This document shows positions 58,544-64,000 of a DNA stretch of 64,000 bases, piece by piece. The translations under genes were made by a program, and so were the position numbers. The stretch lies in the NCBI RefSeq assembly GCF_044704955.1, contig NC_091979.1, forward strand, positions 318,432,001 to 318,496,000, written 5' to 3'. The stretch comes from Pristiophorus japonicus. Taxonomy: Eukaryota. The notes beneath the pieces were generated by a model. It had not been told where the DNA came from and searched no databases. It saw only the letters and a program-made list of their open reading frames with translations. The stretch's first letter is position 1. Each line of letters opens with the position of its first letter.

Positions 58544-59940
58544 GGGTTAGATTTTACACTTTTGTGCATATCGCCCAAAAATTGGTGTTATTTCCGGCGT
58601 GGGCGGTAAGAAAGGGTTTTCAGATCGTCGGCTTCTCGCCCATTCTCAAAGCACCAGTCAGCATTTTTTAAATTAGGCGTTACCGCGAGCGATATGAAAT
58701 GCACGGTAGCGTTAAATCTCTCTGAACTTCTGCCGTAAAGTGTCATCATCCTTAGCAATGGCATGTTAGCGCTCGATTCCCGCGATTCAGGAGGTCAAGG
58801 ATCACCATGACATGCACAGAAGAGGAGACAGAGAGAGGGGGAGCTGAGAGGGACTGGTGTGTGGCTGTGGTGTGGGCTTGTTTGGCTGTTGTGGGAGGCA
58901 CGAGGGAGATTCACCAGCAGCAAAAATTCTACTAATCACCAAGAACATAGTTGGCACCGAGTTTTTATCCAACAAATAAGATGTAACATGAAAGGGATGG
59001 TGGAGGCCCTGGAGCTGGTAGCCAGGAACACTGATGGCAGAGCGCTCCCAGTGGTCCCGGAGCATGGCACTGCACCCAAGGTGCTGCACCCATATTGCCA
59101 ATGACACATTAGAGCCACGAGCAACATCTTCTTCTAGCTCGGAGCACGTTCCCACCTTGGGATCGTCCTCTCCCGTATCCATCCACTCAGCAGCTCGGCC
59201 GTCATCCCCCCCCAACCCCCACAATGAAGCGTCACCTGAGGAGCTCCTCGGCCAGGCGGCTTGGAGTCAAGAGGGGAAGGGGAAGGGGTAGAGGTGGGGA
59301 GGAGAAGTTGGGGGGGGGGGGGGGTGGGCCGGCAAGGGGAAGGGATGTTTTTTTACAGAAATACTGATGATTTCAGACAACTGTTTGGTATAAATGTTTT
59401 TTATTTAAAAAAAACTTGTTGCGCATTGGCTCAGGTAGCTGCACCGTTACATGCTGGTGATTCCTCAACATCAAAGGGTATAATTACACTTAACTTCCAT
59501 CAACTTAAACTTTAACTGTCACCAAGGTGATGCCCACCATTGATGTATGACCTGCACACCCAGCAGTGTGTCAGCCTTGTAAATAACACCAACATTCTTT
59601 TAGGCAAAGTGATCATTGATGAGCTCCTAACCTAAGGCTCTTGCAGCTATCATGCCACCATGGACCCTTTCATGCAATCTACAGGGGGCAGGGGCATGGC
59701 TTCAGCATCAGCCTGATTGTCTGGTCCGATGTCAGCGTCTGCCTCCTTGTCCTCCTCTTCCTCTCTGTGGTGAGGTGGACTGTCAGACTCTTCAGGCAAT
59801 TCTAGTCCCCTCCTGATAGCCAAGTTGTGCAGCATGGAGCACACCACCACGAATTGAGCTACCTGCTCAGGGTGGTATTGGAGCTCGCCTCCTGAGTGGT
59901 CAAAGCATCTAAAGCGCTGCTTAAGCACTCCAATGGTTTT
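58544..59940 (-). mobile_element. Harbinger element remnant with transposase C-terminus
   Basis: Terminus GGGTTAGATTTT at ~58544; LKQRFRCFDHSGGELQYHPE..CSMLHNLAI in ORF 59650-59928. Confidence 0.75.
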
Positions 59941-60861
59941 CTAAATTTGACTAATTCTGGTTTCATTAAAGTAGCATATCCTTCGAGTAACCATTAGCAA
60001 CACACTTGGAGATTGCTGATTGTAAGAATCGGTGGAAATATCAACAGACTTCAAAATATTTTGTACTTTAATTTTTGACTTTTGCTTTTCCATATTTTCT
60101 GTTACTGCAGAAGAGCAGACAGCGGACTTGGGATAGGTCCATACATGTTTCACAGGGATACACATCAGGTGGGTGGGGATGGGTCAATGACTAAAATCGC
60201 AGGAAGATGGCTGATGGGACCCTTTGTCATCAGTGAGAGACCAAGTAAATCGAAATGACGGCGAGCTCCAGAGCACAGGAACCTCAGGACAAAGGAAGCC
60301 ATTTGGCCACCCAGACTCATTGGAGCCTTTATCCCCAGAATGGCCCAGTAACAAAGACACAGGATTCATGGCTCTTTCAGTTGGATTGCCTCAGGCAAAA
60401 GACTGGTTTTTGGCGCAAAGAATTCGGAAGTATTTTCAGGTATAAGAGAAACGGCAGTTGCAGCCATCGCTCTCTTCTTCCAAGCTTACTTGTTTCATTC
60501 AATGCACACAAGGACTGGGACGGAGAGAAGACACCACCAGCTACGAGCAAAGAGAGCCTCCCTCATTGGGAGAAGCAGCGAGTAAGCCAGAGGGGTAACT
60601 GGTGAGCATTATCCCAGCCCACACATGTCTTAAGACCACCGCATGGTGTGAAGAGGTGTTGTGTGTCCCAACCAAGCCTTAGGGATTTAATGGAGAGGTT
60701 TCTGCGTGGATCATAGGCATATGTACAATCTGTTGGACAGATTCGGTGGTGCCCTATTGAGCCAAGCAGGAGTGTTTTAGTCATGGGTACTTCGCGATGG
60801 AGCCTGTTCAGATGAGCCAGTGTTGTGTGTTGTACTTTATTTTTTTCATGCCACCAGATTA

Positions 60862-63012
60862 ATATGACAGGGGGATGGGATGGGAATCTATGCAGGGAGA
60901 CAGAGGGGAATAAAATGGAGACAGAAGCAAAAGATAGAAAGGAGAATGGTAAAAGTGGAGGACAGAGAAACCCAAGGCAAAAAACAAAAAGGGCCACTTT
61001 ACAACAGAATTCAAAAGGGTCAAAGTATGTTAAAAGACAAGCCACAATGTGAGGAGTATTCAGAATAAGGTGGACGAATTAACTGCACAGATAGCTGTTA
61101 ATGTATACGATGTGATTGGCATCATGGAGACATGGCTCCAGGATGATCAAGGCTGGGAACTCAACATCCAAAGGTATTCAGCATTTAGGAAGGATAGACG
61201 GAAAGGAAAAGGAGGTGGGCTGGCGTTGCTGGTTAAAGAGGACATTAATGCAATTGTAAGGAAGGACATTAGCTTGAATTATGTGGAATCGGTATGGGTG
61301 GAGCTACGGAATACCAAAGGACAGAAAACACAAGTAGGAGTTGTGTACATGCCACCAAACAGTAGCAGTGAGGTTGGGGACAGCATCAAACAAGAAATAA
61401 GGGATGTGTGCAATAAAGGTACAGCAGTTATCATGGGCGACTTTAATCTACATATTGATTGGCCTAACCTAACTGGTAGCAATGCAGTGGAGGAGGATTT
61501 CCTGGAGTGTATTGGGGATGGTTTTCGAGACCAATATGTTGAGGAACCAACCAGAGAGCTGGCTATCCTCGACTGGATGATGTGTAATGAGAAGGGACTA
61601 ATTAGAAATCTTGTTGTGCGAAGCCCCTTGGGGAAGAGTGACCATAATATGGTAGAATTCAGTATTAAGATGGAGAGTGACAAAGTTAATTCAGAAACTA
61701 GGGTGCTGAACATAAGAAAAGAATTGGCTAGATTAGACTGGCAAATGATAGTTAAAGGGTTGACAGTGGATAGGCAATGGCAAAACACAAAGATCATATG
61801 GACGAACTTCAACAATTGTATATCCCTGTCTGGAGTAAAAATAAAACAGGGAAGGTGGCTCAACCGTGGCTAACAAGGGAAATTAAGGATAGTGTTAAAT
61901 TCAATGAAGAGGCATACAAATTAGCCAGAAAAAGTAGCAAGCCAGAGGACTGGGAGAAATTTAGAATACAGCAGAGGAGGACAAAGGGTTTAATTAAGAG
62001 GGGGGAAATAGAGTACGAGAGGAAGCTTGCCGGAAACATAAAAACTGACTGTAAAAGCTTCTATAGATATATGAAGAGAAAAAGATTAGTGAAGACAAAC
62101 GTAGGTCCCTTGCAGTCGGATTCAGGTGAATTTATAATGGGGAACAAGAAATGGCAGACCAATTGAACAAGTACTTTGGTTCTGTCTTCGCAAAGGAAGA
62201 CAAAAATAACCTTCCGGATGTACTAGGGGACCGAAGGTCGAGTGAGAAGGAGGAACTGGAGGATATCCTTATTAGGCGGGAAATTGTATTCGGGAAATTG
62301 ATGGGATTGAAGGCCGATAAATCCCCAGGGCCTGATAGTCTGCATCCCAGAGTACTTAATGAAATGGCCCTAGAAATAGTGGATGCATTGGTGATAATTT
62401 TCCAACAGTCTATCGATGCTGGATCAGTTCCTATGGACTGGAGGGTTGCTAATGTAACACCACTTTTTAAAAAAGGAGGGAGAGAGAAAATGGGTAATTA
62501 TAGACTGGTTAGCCTGACATCAGTAGTGGGGAAAATGTTGGAATCAATCATTAAGGATGAAATAGCAGTGTATTTGGAAAGCAGTGATAGGATCGGTCCA
62601 AATCAGCATGGATTTATGAAAGGGAAATCATGCTTGACAAATCTTCTGGAATTTATTGAAGATGTAACCAATAGAGTGGACAGGGGAGAATCAGTGGATG
62701 TGATGTATTTGGACTTTCAAAAGGCTTTTGACAAGGTCCCACACAAGAGATTGGTGTGCAAAATCAAAGCACATGGCATTGGGGGTAATGTACTGACGTG
62801 GATAGAGAACTGGTTGGCAGACAGGAGGCAGAGAGTCGGGATTAACAGGTCCTTTTCAGAATGGCAGGCAGTGACTAGTGGAGTGCTGCAGGGCTCAGTG
62901 CTGGGACCCCAGCTATTTACAACATATATTAATGATTTAGATGATGGAATTGAATGTAACATCTCCAAGTTTGCAGATGACACTAAACTGGGTGGAGGTG
63001 TGAGCTGTGAGG
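60862..63012 (+). mobile_element. CR1 (family A subtype) ORF2, frameshifted, interrupted at 63012
   Basis: APE and RT motifs in ORFs 61049, 61777 and 62151, up to FADDTKLGGGVSCE. Confidence 0.92.
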
Positions 63013-64000
63013 AACATAAGAACATAAGAACTTAAGAATTAGGAACAGGAGTAGGCCATCTAGCCCCTCGAGCCTGCTCTGCCATTCAACAAGATCATAG
63101 CTGATCTGGCCGTGGACTCAGCTCCACTTACCTGCCCGCTCCCCTTAACCTTTAATTACCTTATTGGTTAAAAATCTATCTATCTGTGATTTGAATACAT
63201 TCAATGAGCTAGTCTCAACTGCTTCCTTGGGCAGAGAATTCCACAGATTCACAACCCTCTGGGAGAAGAAATTCCTTCTCAACTTGGTTTTAAATTGGCT
63301 CCCCCGTATTTTGAGGCTGTGCCCCCTAGTTCTAGTCTCCCCGACCAGTGGAAACAACCTCTCTGCCTCTATCTTTTCTATCCCTTTCATTATTTTAAAT
63401 GTTTCTTTAAGATCACCCCTCATCCTTCTGAACTCAGAGTAAAGACCCAGTTTACTCAATCTATCATCATAAGGTAACCCTCTCATCTCTGGAATCAGCC
63501 AAGTGAAACGTCTCTGTACCATCTCCAAAGCTAGTATATCCTTCCTTAAGTAAGGTGACCAAAATTGCACGCAATACTCCAGGTGCGGACTCACTAATAC
63601 CCTATACAGTTGCAGCAGGACCTCCCTGCTTTTGTACTCCATCCCTCTCGCAATGAAGGCCAACATTCCATTCGCCTTCATGATTACCTGCTGCACCTGC
63701 AAACTAACTTTTTGGGATTCATGCACAAGGACCCCCAGGTCCCTCTGCACCGCAGCATGTTGCAATTTCTCCCCATTTAAATAAGATTCCCTTTTACTGT
63801 TTTTTTTTCCAAGGTGGATGACCTCACATTTTCCGACATTGTATTCCATCTGCCAAACCTTAGCCCATTCGCTTAACCTATCTAAAGCTCTTTGCAGCCT
63901 CTCTGTGTCCTCTACACAACCCGCTTTCCCACTAATCGTTGTGTCATCTGCAAATTTTGTTACACTACACTCTGTCCCCTCTTCCAGGTCAACTATGTAT
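63013..64000 (-). mobile_element. CR1 (family B) inserted antisense, running off the window end
   Basis: Tail (CATAAGAA)n at 63013-63040; near-identical to the reverse complement of 15800-16955. Confidence 0.92.

Overview
Eukaryotic DNA, most likely from a cartilaginous fish (shark). The inference rests on shark-type CR1 LINEs with (TTTCTATG)n/(TTCTTATG)n tails, a shark-type Penelope GIY-YIG fragment and a class I protein resembling elasmobranch classical class I. Most of the window is nested transposable-element debris: CR1 and L2 LINEs, hAT, PIF/Harbinger, a pogo-like MITE, Gypsy LTR elements, Penelope and a retroviral-type pol. It also holds several minisatellites, a 3159-bp tandem duplication and one 185-N assembly gap. 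The only host genes form a divergent immune pair. One is a disrupted IFIT pseudogene (- strand, ~42930-46796). The other is an intact, fully intronless MHC class I heavy-chain ORF (53459-54526) that keeps the classical peptide-anchoring residues. A correctly spaced MHC X-Y promoter module lies at 48231-48272, separated from the ATG by a 4.9-kb, apparently ATG-free 40-bp minisatellite. The whole class I unit is bracketed by two same-orientation G-rich arrays. All calls were made by eye from motifs and the ORF track; no database searches were run, and boundaries of degenerate elements are approximate.
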